Positions 52,501-64,000 of a stretch of 64,000 bases of DNA are shown here, in pieces. The translations under genes were made by a program, and so were the position numbers. The stretch covers positions 10,168,001 through 10,232,000 of the forward strand of contig JANJGN010000037.1 of the NCBI GenBank assembly GCA_026770705.1. The letters are read 5' to 3'. Source of the DNA: Isurus oxyrinchus. Taxonomy: Eukaryota. Numbering within the stretch: position 1 is the stretch's first letter; each line of letters opens with the position of its first letter. The notes under the pieces were generated by a model, which was not told where the DNA came from, did no database searches, and was given only the letters and a program-made list of their open reading frames with translations.

Positions 52501-52559
52501 GGATTACGTTTGAACGAAGTAGGCCATTTGCCGCCTTGACCTTTTTCTGACATTCAAGC

Positions 52560-53035
52560 ATTGAAGAGGCTGCAGAAAACATTCATGAGAATGGTTCCAG
52601 GGATGAGGAATGTCGGTTACTTGGATAGATTGGAGATGTTGGGACTGTTCTCCCTAGGGAAGAAAAGATTGTCAGGAGATTTGATAGAGGTATTGAAAAT
52701 CATGAGGGGCCTGGAAATGCTGTTCCCACTGGTGGAAGGATTGAGAACCAGAGGACACAGATTTAAGGCAATTGGCAAAAGAAGCAAATGGCAACATGAG
52801 GAGAAACTTGTTCTTGCAGCGAGTGGTTAAGATCTGGAATGCGCTGCCTGATAGTATGTTGGAAGCACAGGACATTCAAGAAGTAATTGGATTATTAACT
52901 GAAAAGAAAGAATGAGCGTGGTCATGCGCATTCAAGGCATTCCAGGGGGAATGGCATTGAGTTTTTCATTTGGAGAGGTGATGCAGACATGACGGGCTGA
53001 ATGGCCTCCTTCTATGCTGTAACAATTCTGTGATT
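52560..53035 (+). mobile_element. CR1 LINE 3' fragment
   Basis: FMRMVPGMR..RLEMLGLFSLGKKRLSGDLIEVLKIM..RTRGH. Confidence 0.9.
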
Positions 53036-53179
53036 ATGTGAATTCAGTGATTCAGTTCGACTATGACTTTGATTTGCACTTCAGCATCCACAATGTTTTC
53101 AGGGAGCAAGTTTGAGATTTTTATGACCTTTGTATGAAAAAGTGCTTTCATAGGCAAATGACCTAGCCCTAATTTTAAG

Positions 53180-54835
53180 GTTAGAATCATGGAAAGTTTA
53201 CAGCGCAAAAAGAAGTCACTGAGCCCATCATGAATGTGCCAGCTGAAAAATAAGCCACCCAGTCTAATCCCACTTTCCAGCATACCCAGACACCTTTTAA
53301 ATGAGTTGAGGGGACCTGTCTCTACTGCCCTTTCGGGCAGTGAGTTCCAGACCCCCACATCGCTCTGGGTGAAAAAATGTTTCCTCATCTCTCCTCTAAT
53401 CTTTCTACCAATCTTTTTTTTTGAAAAATATACTTTATTCATAAAATATCTGGAAGAACTTTACAAAGCATTTCAAAATCGCCATCACAAAAAGTACAAT
53501 CAACTTTTACACATGGATCACAAGGTGCATCAATGCAATCAATGAATATTACAATCATTTCAATATGGTCTTTACAGAAAATCAGACAATGGTATTGGAG
53601 TTATCAATATACATCATGTTGCACTCTGAGGTGCTTCAATACAATTAGTATTCAATGCATACATTCATGGTGAGCTGTACAGCCCGAGGGGCTCTAAACA
53701 GTTCCCAGCCTCTCGGTGCACTATGGCAGAAAGGTCTTAGACAGCAACCTTTCTCCATTACGCCTTTGCGGCGGCTGCCCCAAGCTTTAGTGCGTCCCTT
53801 AGTACATAGTCCTGGACCTTGGAATGTGCCAAGTCTGCAATGCTCAGTCGGGGACAACTCTTTGTGCTGGAAGACCAACAGGTATCAGGCAGACCAAAGA
53901 GCGTCTTTCACCGAGTTGATGATCCTCCAGCTGCAGTTGATGTTTGTCTCGGTGTGTGTCCCTGGGAACAGCCCGTAGAGCACGGAGTCCTGTGTCACAG
54001 AACTGCTCGAGATGAACCTCGACAGAAACCACTGCATTTCTCTCCAGATCTTTGCAAAGGCACACTCCACAAGGAGGTGAACAACGGTCTCGTCCTCACC
54101 ACAGCCACCTCGAGGGCAACGTGCAGAGGGGATGAGACTCCTGGCATGTTGGAAGGATCTGACGGGGAGGGCCTTTCTCATCACCAGCCAAGCTACATCT
54201 TTGTGCTTGTTGGAAAGTTCTGGCGATGAGGCATTCTGCCAAATGACTTTGACAGTCTACTCGGGGAACCATCCCACAGGATCCACCCTATCCTTTTCCC
54301 GCAGGGCTTCTAAGACGTTACCTGCTGACCACTGCCTGTTGGACTTTTGGTCAAAGGTATTTCTCTGCATAAATTTTTCCATAAGGGACAGGTGGTACAG
54401 CACAGTCCAACTACTTGGATCGTTCCGCGGCAGCGTGGCCAGACCCATCCTTCGCAACACCTGGGACAGGTAGAACCTCAGCATGTAGTGACATTTGGTG
54501 TTTGCGTATCGAGGGTCTACACATAGCTTGATGCAGCCGCACATAAAGGTGGCCATCAGTATGAGGGCGATGTTGGGCATGTTTTTAGTCTTTCGACCAA
54601 TCACTTTAAATCTATGCCCCCTAGTCACTGACCTCTATGCTGAAGTAGATAGGCCCTTCCCATCCACTCTCTCCAGGCCCCTCACAGTTTTGTACAACTC
54701 ACATCCCTTTGTCCTGTGCTTCCTGCCACCAGAGGATATTGTTTCTCTGTATCTAGCTTATTGAATCCCTTTATCATTTCAAAAACCTCGATTAGAACAC
54801 CCCTCAACCATCTAAACTCGAGAGAATACAAACCA
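53180..54835 (-). mobile_element. CR1 3' fragment split by a Tx1-like insertion
   Basis: FFTQSDVGVWNSLPERAVE on the left and TRGHRFKVIGRK on the right. Confidence 0.8.
53414..54585 (-). mobile_element. L1/Tx1-like LINE 3' fragment with poly(A) and ~17-bp TSD
   Basis: C-terminal CCHC motif CPRGGCGEDETVVHLLVECAFAKIW; AATAAA plus A-tail; TSD taatctttctaccaatc (53397-53413) / tagtctttcgaccaatc (54586-54602). Confidence 0.85.
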
Positions 54836-55649
54836 AGATTTAAAAAAAAAGCCCCATGCTTGACAGTTACAGAAAATAAATGCTGGGATGGGTAGATAGA
54901 GCACAGCTGATGTTTAGAAGCATATGCCTTTCGTGTTGACTAATCAGTATCTGAATATTCATGTGATGGTGGACAAGAGTTCAGACCTGCTAAATAAAAC
55001 ATATGCTACCTTACAGTAAAGAGACATAAGCAACCAGATGTCTTTCAGTTCTGATCTTTAAATTAAAATGAAAAGGCTCAACATCTAATCCCCATGTTAT
55101 GACAGATCAGATTATTTTGTTCATTGTAGTTTTAGTATCAAAAAATGAAAATGCCATGAATTCAGAGGGTTCCAGATGCGATTTTTAAAATCCTTCATAT
55201 ATTTTTGAATAGATAATGATTAAAAACTAGGTTGAACTGTGAATATATGCTAACAAATGATTTTATAACATGCATTCTTCCAGCATTAAACTGTCCCAGG
55301 GCTAACAGTGGTATGCTGGTGCTATTCGAGGAGAGTAGCGAAACTGAAATCTGCATTTGCTCTGTGTGCCATTTATCCTATATTCCAAGATATGCATTGT
55401 CTCTTTCCAGTGCAAAGTGCCCAACCTGTCAAGTGTGAATGATTTCATTGCTGCCTTAGGCCTGATTCTGTTTTGGCTCACTCCATTGTTGTCTGTGGTA
55501 TAGTAATGCTCTTGAATAGCCCATTCCTCCATTAGCGGTATAACAACTGCAAATCAGTAGTCTATAACAAACTTGACTAAAGTTATAAATTATCATAGGG
55601 TTAGAAAATCCAGTCCCAGCTGCAAAAAAAATGATGTTGCCTTTTGAAC

Positions 55650-55830
55650 ATTGAGAGTGTATATCCTAGACAAGGATGAAGGACAGAGTCTATTTGGTCA
55701 AGTTAAGAAATAATAGTGCTACCATTACACTGCTGGATGTATTCTATAGGTGACCAAATAGTGGCAAAAGTATTGTGGAGCAAATTTTCAGAGAAATTAC
55801 AGAGAGGTGCAAAAGCTATAGGATGTCAAT
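55650..55830 (+). mobile_element. CR1 APE-domain remnant
   Basis: Resembles ESIW..LRN..ITLL.VFYR.PNSGK.IVEQI (compare 36861-37046). Confidence 0.5.
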
Positions 55831-56249
55831 TTGATTATACTTTTCCCCTTTCTGGCCTGACTCCATCTCCATGTTCCTATTTCTCTTAATCCTCTGGTTT
55901 CCTGGCTGAGAAGGTGAGTGAGTTATTTTTTTCTTCGGCCTCTGTCAATAAGATAGCTTGTTTTTTAATTTTTTTTTCATGAGATGTGGGTGTCTCTGGC
56001 TAGGCCAGCATTTGTTGCCCATCCCTAATTTCCATTGAGAAGGTGTGTAAGAATGGCTTGGGTGACGTTCTAGCCAATTTCTCTCTTCTCTCTCATTCTC
56101 TCTCTCTTTGGGGTGACGTCTGGCTCCACTTGACATCTTCTGTGACAGCGTGGACAACATTGGAAACTCCCCGTAATGGGAAACTTGAACCCGCTCTCAC
56201 ATGGTGAACCTACCAGTTCAATGAATTACTTTACCACTCAGGTAATAAC

Positions 56250-57258
56250 GGGAAGAATTTTCCGGTCGGCGGTCGGGGCCGGGGCCTGCTCGCTGACACG
56301 TAAAATGACGCGTGGTGACGCTGGGTGTGTATCCCGACGTCACCGCGCATCATTTAGATTTTCAGTTCGGCAGGTCCTACTAAAGCCTGTTAAAAACTAA
56401 TTAAAACAGTTAAATGAGCTGCCCGTCCAATCTTAATGTTGGCGGGCAGGCGAAGAGCCCAGGCGGCCTTTGCATTTTACATGAAACCTCATCCATGGGC
56501 GGGATGAGGTTTCATAAAGTGTTTTAAAATTCAATAAAAATTATTTAAAAAATTCAGTGACATGTCCCAGCTCATGTGACACTGTCACATGTGGGGACAT
56601 GTTTTAAGTTTTTTATTCCTTTATTTAAATTTTCAAATATCTAACTGATCTCCCCGAGGCACAGAGGTGCCTGGAGAGATTTCTGCGCTCTTCCTTGCGC
56701 ATGCGCGAAAGAGGGAAGGCCTGGACTCAGAGATCTCTCTCCCCCGCACCCCCCCCCCTGCCCGCAGCAAAATCAGGCCATTGACAGGATCATTAAAACA
56801 ATTAAGGTTGGTAGGCAGGCCAGGATCCCCGGCAGGGAATAGAAAAAACATGAAACCTCATCCACCGGCGGGAATGAGGTTTCATGTAGGGATTTAAAAA
56901 GTTTAATAAAGTGTTAGTGAAATTTATGAACATGTCCCATGAGGGGGACATGTTAAAGACTTTTTTTTCTATTTTTAATGTTTTTAAAAGTGTAAGCGAT
57001 CTCCCTGAGGCAGCACTTAGCCTCAGGGAGATGTGCGCTCTTTCGTGCGCATGCGGGAAAGAGCGCAGTCTCGCATTTGGGGAATCCCCCAGCCCCGCCT
57101 GCACAGGATGCACATAGCGCTTCCCGCCGGATGTCACGCTGGGCGGGCCTTAATTGGCTGCCCACGTAAAATGGTGGTGGGGCCTGCTTCTCCGGCGGGG
57201 ATTGGCTCCCTGCCCGCCAGAGATTGGGTTGGGCCCGCTCGCCCAGAACGTTCTGCCT
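56250..57258. mobile_element. Harbinger-type non-autonomous element with a duplicated hairpin array
   Basis: TIR-like gggaagaattttcc / ttctgcct; two direct copies (~56480-56725, ~56850-57075) of four palindromes. Confidence 0.7.
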
Positions 57259-57410
57259 TATATGTTGGGAAATGAGGACCAAATGTTAATTCTTTTGTCA
57301 AAGCAGAATGAGGGATTATAAGATTGAGGTGAAAAATGTATTTTAATATCAAAGATGATGTACAAGGTTGTGATCTATCTCTTTCTAGTTACTGAAAAAA
57401 AGAAAAGAGC

Positions 57411-57940
57411 AAACTGAAAAGTACAGAGCAGAACAGAGTCAATACCTGGATAACTGAGAAGTACAGAGCAGAGCAATCAGTACCTGGCAAACTGAGAAGT
57501 ACATGGCAGAACACAGCCAGTACCTGGATAACTGAGAAGTACAGAGCAGAACAGAGTCAGTACCTGGCAAACTGAGAAGTACAGAGCAGAACAGAGTCAG
57601 TACCTGGATAACTGAGAAGTACAGAGCAGAACAGAGTCAGTACCTGGCAAACTGAGAAGTACAGAGCAGAACAGAGTCAGTACCTGGATAACTGAGAAGT
57701 ACAGAGCAGAGCAATCAGTACCTGGCAAACTGAGAAGTACAGAGCAGAACAGAGTCAGTACCTGGCAAACTGGGAAGTACAGAGCAGAACAGAATCAGTA
57801 GCTGGATAACTGAGAAGTACAGAGGAGAGCAGAGTCAGTACCTGGCAAACTGGGAAGTACAGAGCAGAACACAGTCAGTACCTGGATAACTGAGAAGTAC
57901 CTGGCAAACTGAAAAGCACAGAGCAGAACAGTCAGTACCT
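57411..57940. repeat. 40-bp minisatellite (~13 copies) with an alternating two-unit pattern
   Basis: Unit actgagaagtacagagcagaacagagtcagtacctgg(ata/caa). Confidence 0.95.
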
Positions 57941-57964
57941 GAGTTTTGCCTGGTTAGCACCTGG

Positions 57965-59136
57965 GATGCTAAGATGGCTTTCAGTGTCCTAGGGGAGGAA
58001 ATCAACCATTGTTGCTGTTCTGCATTTACTAAACTCTGACCCCTTCTAAAAAGTAGGCGAATTGATAATAGTGGCTGGATTGAACCCGGTTGACCTGTCC
58101 TAATAACTTGAAAAAGCTGCCAAAAACTTACTGTCACATATGTCTATCTCTACTGGAGAGTGGCTGCTGCCTTTTGAACTGGAATGGTTCGCAGCCTTCA
58201 GGGGTGAGGGAGAAGGCAAGGAAAGGGCTGCTGCAGTTCGAGTAACACTACTTAACCAGTAGAATTTCTAATGCTGGACCTCTGTGTCCTGCAGAATTTA
58301 CGAGGCTATTTACAGTGCTGGGTATTAGACTGGTAATTGGATAGCTCATTTCTTTCAGTACAAGATCCATTAGCATCAGCTGGGGCATCATCAATATTCA
58401 GGACTGGATGTAACCACCAGAAAATAATTTGCTGTGCTGTGACAGCAGTAAATGACATGTGCTTGTTGTAAAGTGAAGGCGTTGATGTCTCATTCAAACA
58501 AAGGAAAATCCCCTTCTGTAGTTAAGATTTGTTGATTTTAAATCTGAGATTGATAGATTTCTGTTATCCAAAGGTATGAAGGGATATGGAGCTGAGGCAG
58601 CTGTATGGAGTTAGGTCACATTATCAGCCATGATCTCATTGAATGGCGGAACAGCCTCGAGGGCTAAATGGCCTCCTGGTCCTATTGCATTTCTTTGCTG
58701 TTATGTGTGTCAATGATATCAATATTCAGTGCGGTGCAGAATTTGACTGGGAATAAATAATTTGAATTTCTCGATCAGAATTCAAAGTTTAGCATTTTTA
58801 AGTATTCGCTTGACTTAGCCATTGGATAGAAAAGTACAGAGCATGACACAAAGGATATTTACTTATTTTGGATCACCCAGTGTGTGAAAGTGAGGGCGAA
58901 AATAAATTAATTACTTAGGTTTAGTATTAGAATATGATGCTAAGATGGCTTTCAGTGCCCTAGGGGAGGAAATCAACCATTGTTGCAGTTCTGCATTTAC
59001 TAAACTCTGACTCCTTCTAAAAAGTGGGCGAATGAATAATGGCGGCTGGATTGGACTTGGTTTCCCAGGCCCAGTTGCTTGAAAAAGCTGTTGAAACTTT
59101 TTGCCACATATGTCTGTCTCTACTGGAGAGTGGCTG
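57965..59136 (+). repeat. ~200-bp direct duplication (57965-58166 / 58936-59136)
   Basis: gatgctaagatggctttcagtg...tctctactggagagtggctg occurs twice, 971 bp apart. Confidence 0.9.
58530..58690 (+). mobile_element. CR1 3' tail fragment (another at ~60690-60820)
   Basis: atcagccatgatctcattgaatggcggaacagcctcgagggctaaatggcct. Confidence 0.7.
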
Positions 59137-59678
59137 GTATCTTTCAGGGGAAGCTGAAGGGAAACGTCACCTTGCACTGCAGCTTTTCAGGCTAATGCTC
59201 TTGTCTTTGCAAAATGGTCATTGCAAGTCCTGGTTCAGTGCTCTTGGTGTCCTCTGATCGATATGCCAAGCTCTCTGATCACGTCTTGCCAGGAGAAATG
59301 GTATTGATGCTCAGCTTGACACTTCTAACTTGCTCATGCAAGTGGCAGTCCCAGGAGGTTAAGTAGCTCATTAACCTGTTGATGCTAAAAATCTTATAGG
59401 TACTCCCGGGATTTTGGCAGGCTCTCCAGCTTACGGAGAATCCCAATGAAAATCCCACCCTGTCTCTTGGGTGGTGTACTTTGGATGCACCGTGCGTGGG
59501 CTTGATGGGCCATATGTATATTCATACGACACCTCCCTGCTCTTCTTTCCATAAAACCATCTCATATCTGCAGCTACTAGAGGTATTACTTCAACTTGGC
59601 ATTTAAAAACTGATATCTCTGATAATGTAGTAGCCATTCAACATTGAGCTCAGGTTGTGTGCTCAAGTTTTACACCAA

Positions 59679-60362
59679 GGCAAGGATTTTGCCCTTGTCG
59701 GGGGTGGTCGGGTAGCCGACTGCCACCCGCTATCGACTCCACTCCGCGATTTCACACTGGCGAGCCAATTAAGGCCCACCCTGCGTGGATCGCAAGCGGC
59801 AGTGCTGAGCACTGCCTGTGCGGGTAGGGGGAAGAGGGAGAGCCGGGCCTAGCGCACAGTTCACGCATGCGTGAGAAAGAGCACTTCAATCTCTCTGAGG
59901 CATGGAGCTTCCTCGGAGATTGAAGTGCTTTGATAAAAAATTAATAAAGACAGTAAAAAATTTAATAAAACATGTCCCCTCCTGTGACTCTGTCACATGA
60001 GATGGGGCATGTTTTTAATTCCAAAATAAAGTTTTTATTTAATGTTTATTTGCTTAAGGAAACCTCATCCTGCTCGTGGATGAGGTTTCCTAAAAAATGT
60101 AAAGGCCGCTTGGCCTTTTTGCCTGCCAGCCAACCGTTAGGTTGGACGGGCAGTGTAGAATTGAATTTAATTAGCTTGTTAATGGCCTTAATAGGCCTTT
60201 TAATTATCGGCGGATGCGCAGCTGACTCCAGCTCACGCCCGCCGAACGAAATTTCACGTGAGTGCGCGATGACGTTGGGACGCATGCCCAATGTCATTGT
60301 GCATCATTTTACGCTTGGCTGTGTCAGGCATGTGCCCGCACACCAAGCGTAAAATTCTGCCC
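59679..60362. mobile_element. Harbinger-type MITE, same family as 56250 in opposite orientation
   Basis: TIRs ggcaaggatttt / aaaattctgccc; TSD CAA; the same hairpins in reverse order. Confidence 0.8.
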
Positions 60363-61723
60363 CAAGTTTCAAACATATCCTCCAGACACAGAGGCAAGAG
60401 TGCCAGTAGCTGGGCAAAGCTGTGCACCAGCTTGTAAACCATGGAAATGAAACCTGACAACCTTCAGATTTAATTGCTGCCTTAAACCTGTTATAAAATA
60501 TATGAGTAAATATTAATAATGTATGTGTACAGAATGGAGCTTTGGCAAGTTATGGACATCCACCCCGTGGTTTTCCATCTATTACTGGGAGCATGCTTAG
60601 TAAAATGTGCCCTGTAGCTCTAGTTTTATTAAAATGAAACAAAATTAACTGCACCTTCTAATGTTGTGGAATGTCACACTGTGTGTGACTATCAAGGGAG
60701 TCAAAGGTTATTGCTGGTAGGTGGAATGTGGAGTTGAGGCCACAATCTGATCAGCCATGATCTTATTGAATGATGGAGCAGGCTCGAGGGGCTGAATGGC
60801 CTACCCCTGCTCTTAATTCGTATGGAGCCGGCATTATGTCAGTGAAGGCGCAGGAATGACAGATAGTGATGTCAGACATTGGAGCAAAGTAACTGAATAC
60901 TGGGAAATAAAACCATGCACAAGTTGAATTCTTATAGTACAAGGATGTTCATGCTTGCCATGTTTCTGTGCCTTGAAAATGCAATTTTTGTTTTATTTCT
61001 GGAATTAATTCTCCTCTGTTGGCTGCTTGTCTGTACATTTGGGTAGTCTTAATCCAGTCCCTTATAAGTACTGGGTACTCATCTCTTGTTGGTGCTAGGG
61101 AACATTGTTAGGGTGCAAGAGAGAGAACTTGGCTCTTACCTTAGACTGAGATTATCATGTCTGAGAGAGTGAGGGAAATTTTAGGGGCGGTTCTGCAGTT
61201 TGAAACTGGGAGGAAAGAGGGATGACCACCTTCCATACTACATATTAAATAGGTGGGGATGGGAAAGAGAGAAAGCATGTTCTTCTCACCCAGTCCTACG
61301 GATTGTGCCCATGGAAATGTTTGATGTTGGACACACGAATTGATGTGTTGCATTCCCCAGTGTGAAACTGTAAGCAAAAGAACCTAACCTATTTCATTTG
61401 ATGGTGCAAAACCTCTTTTCATAGTATCAATTTTCTCTTTTCATGACCTAATTTCTGCTGCCATTTGTCAACCTTGAGCATAAGATGGCATGGAGCATGT
61501 CTTTCTCCCATGCATGGTATCAGGACTGCCCTTCATTGTCTGACGGAATGGATACTTTCAGTATGGATTGATCTCCCTGTTGGGAAATTTCCTCTCCCCC
61601 ACATACCCCAAAAGTATGCACTAGCGGCTCATCTAGAAACCATTGAAACCTCTCCTTTGCATGAATCACACTTTGAGTGCCAGTCAAGATTAGGAGTAGT
61701 AAATCAATTCCAGTAAAAGACAA

Positions 61724-61954
61724 AGTTGAAAACAAAGAAAACTGCGGATGCTGGAAATCTAAAACAAAAACAGAATTACCTGGAAAAACTCAGTAGGTCT
61801 GGCAGCATCGGCGGAGAAGAAAAGAGTTGACGTTTCGAGTCCTCATGACCCTTCGACAGAACGAAGGGTCATGAGGACTCGAAACGTCAACTCTTTTCTT
61901 CTCCGCCGATGCTGCCAGACCTACTGAGTTTTTCCAGGTAATTCTGTTTTTGTT
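61724..61954. mobile_element. Penelope terminus inserted as a perfect 93-bp palindrome, with 16-bp TSD
   Basis: Arms 61763-61855 / 61862-61954, loop ACAGAA; TSD ttccagtaaaagacaa at 61708-61723 and 61953-61968. Confidence 0.9.
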
Positions 61955-62084
61955 CCAGTAAAAGACAAGCTTGGAGACCTAGTACTGGAGATCTGAGGCT
62001 ACTTGATGCTGAAGGATGTGCCTTTTATTGCAATACAACTTGTTAAATGGACAATTTAAGATTTATTCTGCTATCATTCTAATA

Positions 62085-62400
62085 TGAAAGCAAAATTCTG
62101 TGGATGCTGGAAATCTGAAAAGAAACAGGAAATGCTGGAAAAACTCATCTTGCCTGACAGCGTCTGTGGAGAGAGAAACAGTTAATGTTTCAAGTCTGTA
62201 TGACTCGCCTTTAGAGTTGAAGGGAGGTAGAAATGTGATGGGTTTCATGCTGTTAAAGAGAGGGGTGGAGTAGGTGAAGCAAAATAGAAGGTCAGGGATA
62301 GGTTGGAGCTCAGGAGAGATTAAATGACACAGATGTCATGAACACAAGACAAGGGGAGTGGTAATGATAGTCTTAAAGACTAAGGCAAATGTTAATCATT
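62085..62400 (-). mobile_element. Older Penelope 3' terminal fragment
   Basis: tggatgctggaaatctgaaa..gctggaaaaactca..gtggagagagaaacagttaatgtttc is homologous to 61741-61850. Confidence 0.7.
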
Positions 62401-63414
62401 CTAGATGATTGAGACAGCTGCTGAAATAAAAATGAATTTGATTAGATTACAAAATCCATGAGATGTGTTCAAGGTCTCCTGGTGGTTTCAGAGCACTGGT
62501 GTACAGAGAGAGACCCAAGATGTTGGGATACGGAATGACCTTGCATTGCAGGGGTTTGTTGTGCAGAGTGATGTAGGCTGTAGGTGTACAGAGTTATCTG
62601 ACAGCTATAATTGTACTAATTTGAAGCGTGACATGAATTCCCAAAGTAATTCCCCATGGCAGGTTTCTGATTTAACCCGTGTGACATAAAGACAGTCGGC
62701 AACTTGAGGTCAGATGCCATTTTACACGTAAGGAGGGAAACTCAGCAAGCTAGCCATCAGTTTCAGCTGGTTAAAGAGTAGTTTTGGCAGAGTGCTGAGA
62801 GTAGGCTACAAGCCCAGGCTCATTATAGAAATAGTCTTTGGCAATTGAGAAGAGATGTTATTAAAAGAAAGGATACTCTTTTACCAAAACAACTAAAATA
62901 TACCAATAAATCAGTTTGACACTGAATGAATAATGTTGCAAATAAGTAAAAAGTAAAAGCCAATGCTACCTGCTGAGCAGGTCATTACCATTCTGCTGTA
63001 CAGTTTACAGTGTGTAGTTGAATCAGTGTCTCGAGATGCACGGTATAGCATCTCCCTCTGCTGCATGTTTCTTCATTGTTGGCTTAAATATAATTTGAAA
63101 ATTTCAAATGCTTTCCGAAAACCCACTTGTTAGTGCTGTTTTGTCACTAGTTTGTAAACGTTTCTTTCTGTACAGGTATCCCTTTTTTTGTTTGCATTTT
63201 TCTTCCCTCACATTGACCTCAGAGTAAGCTGATCTAAATAAAAAGGACCATTGTTCGCTGTTCAGAAGCAATTATTGAAGCTGCTAACTTTATTTCCTTT
63301 TGCCATCCTATTTTGTGCTGTGTTATAGTTGAAATACTTGGCAGCTTGGGGCGTTTTTACATACTTAAACTGTGGTTTCAAATTTGATTGGTGCACATAA
63401 TATGATGCAAAGGT

Positions 63415-63785
63415 AACTCAACAAAAACTTGCACTTATGTGATGCATTTTATGTAATAAAATATCTGAAGACACTTCACAGGAGTGTTATGGAACACAAT
63501 TTGATACTGAGCCACATGTTAGGGCAGATGACCTGAAGGTTGGTCAAAGAGGTAGGTTTTAAGGAACTTCTTACAGAAAGAGAGAGAGAAGTGGAAGGGC
63601 CTAGGGAAGGAATTCCATAGCTTTAGAGCCCAGGCAGCTGAAGGCAGAGCTACCAGTGGTGGAATGATTAAAATCAGAGATGCCCAAGAGGCCAGAATTG
63701 GTGGAGCTCAGGGCATTGCAGGGCTGAAGGAATTTACAAAGATAGAGAAGAGCGAGGCCGTGGAAGGATTTGAAAACCAAGCGCA
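63415..63785 (-). mobile_element. L2-like LINE 3' tail fragment
   Basis: aggaattccatagc..gcccaggcagctgaaggca..; reverse complement of the 9900-10500 family. Confidence 0.65.
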
Positions 63786-64000
63786 GGAATTGTGGTTCAG
63801 GTCAAGATGCTTGATACCTTATGAAGTCTAAATTCAGTGGGTAAATGGATCTTGCACTGAACCTTATGTATCACAGCACGTAGCAGGACCCAACAGGCTT
63901 CCACACTGAATCACATGTTGATGCAGAGTGATGACAGGGGAACTAGGGCAAGCGTTCTTCTCAATTCCCCCTGCTCCACTGAGGTAAGAAACTGGGATCC

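Noticed and set aside
57411-57940. CRISPR-like array (also 5441-5691 and the 69-bp array)
   Set aside because: These are head-to-tail tandem units with no unique spacers and no cas genes, in a eukaryotic context.

Overview
Eukaryotic, repeat-rich non-coding DNA (intronic or intergenic), most likely from a cartilaginous fish; this is inferred from CR1 LINE dominance, Deu-domain SINEs, a 69-bp satellite and Penelope termini. I could not recognise any host protein-coding exon. Contents: many decayed CR1/L2/RTE/Tx1 LINE pieces; three intron-containing PIF/Harbinger transposons (Myb/SANT gene with or without a HARBI1-type DDE transposase) plus Harbinger-type MITEs; Penelope (GIY-YIG) elements whose termini carry minimal hammerhead-ribozyme motifs; a solo LTR; a histone H2A pseudogene; three minisatellites; and local duplications and inversions. 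The most striking signal is an apparently full-length, ORF1-less LINE at 41263-44419 (-). Its 5' end is a tRNA-like Pol III promoter (A/B boxes) and, by manual scan, its 3.15-kb sense strand has no TTTT Pol III terminator. Several SINEs in the window look like head+tail internal-deletion derivatives of it, making this a candidate Pol III-transcribed autonomous retroelement/SINE system. Boundaries of decayed repeats are approximate, and all counts were made by eye.
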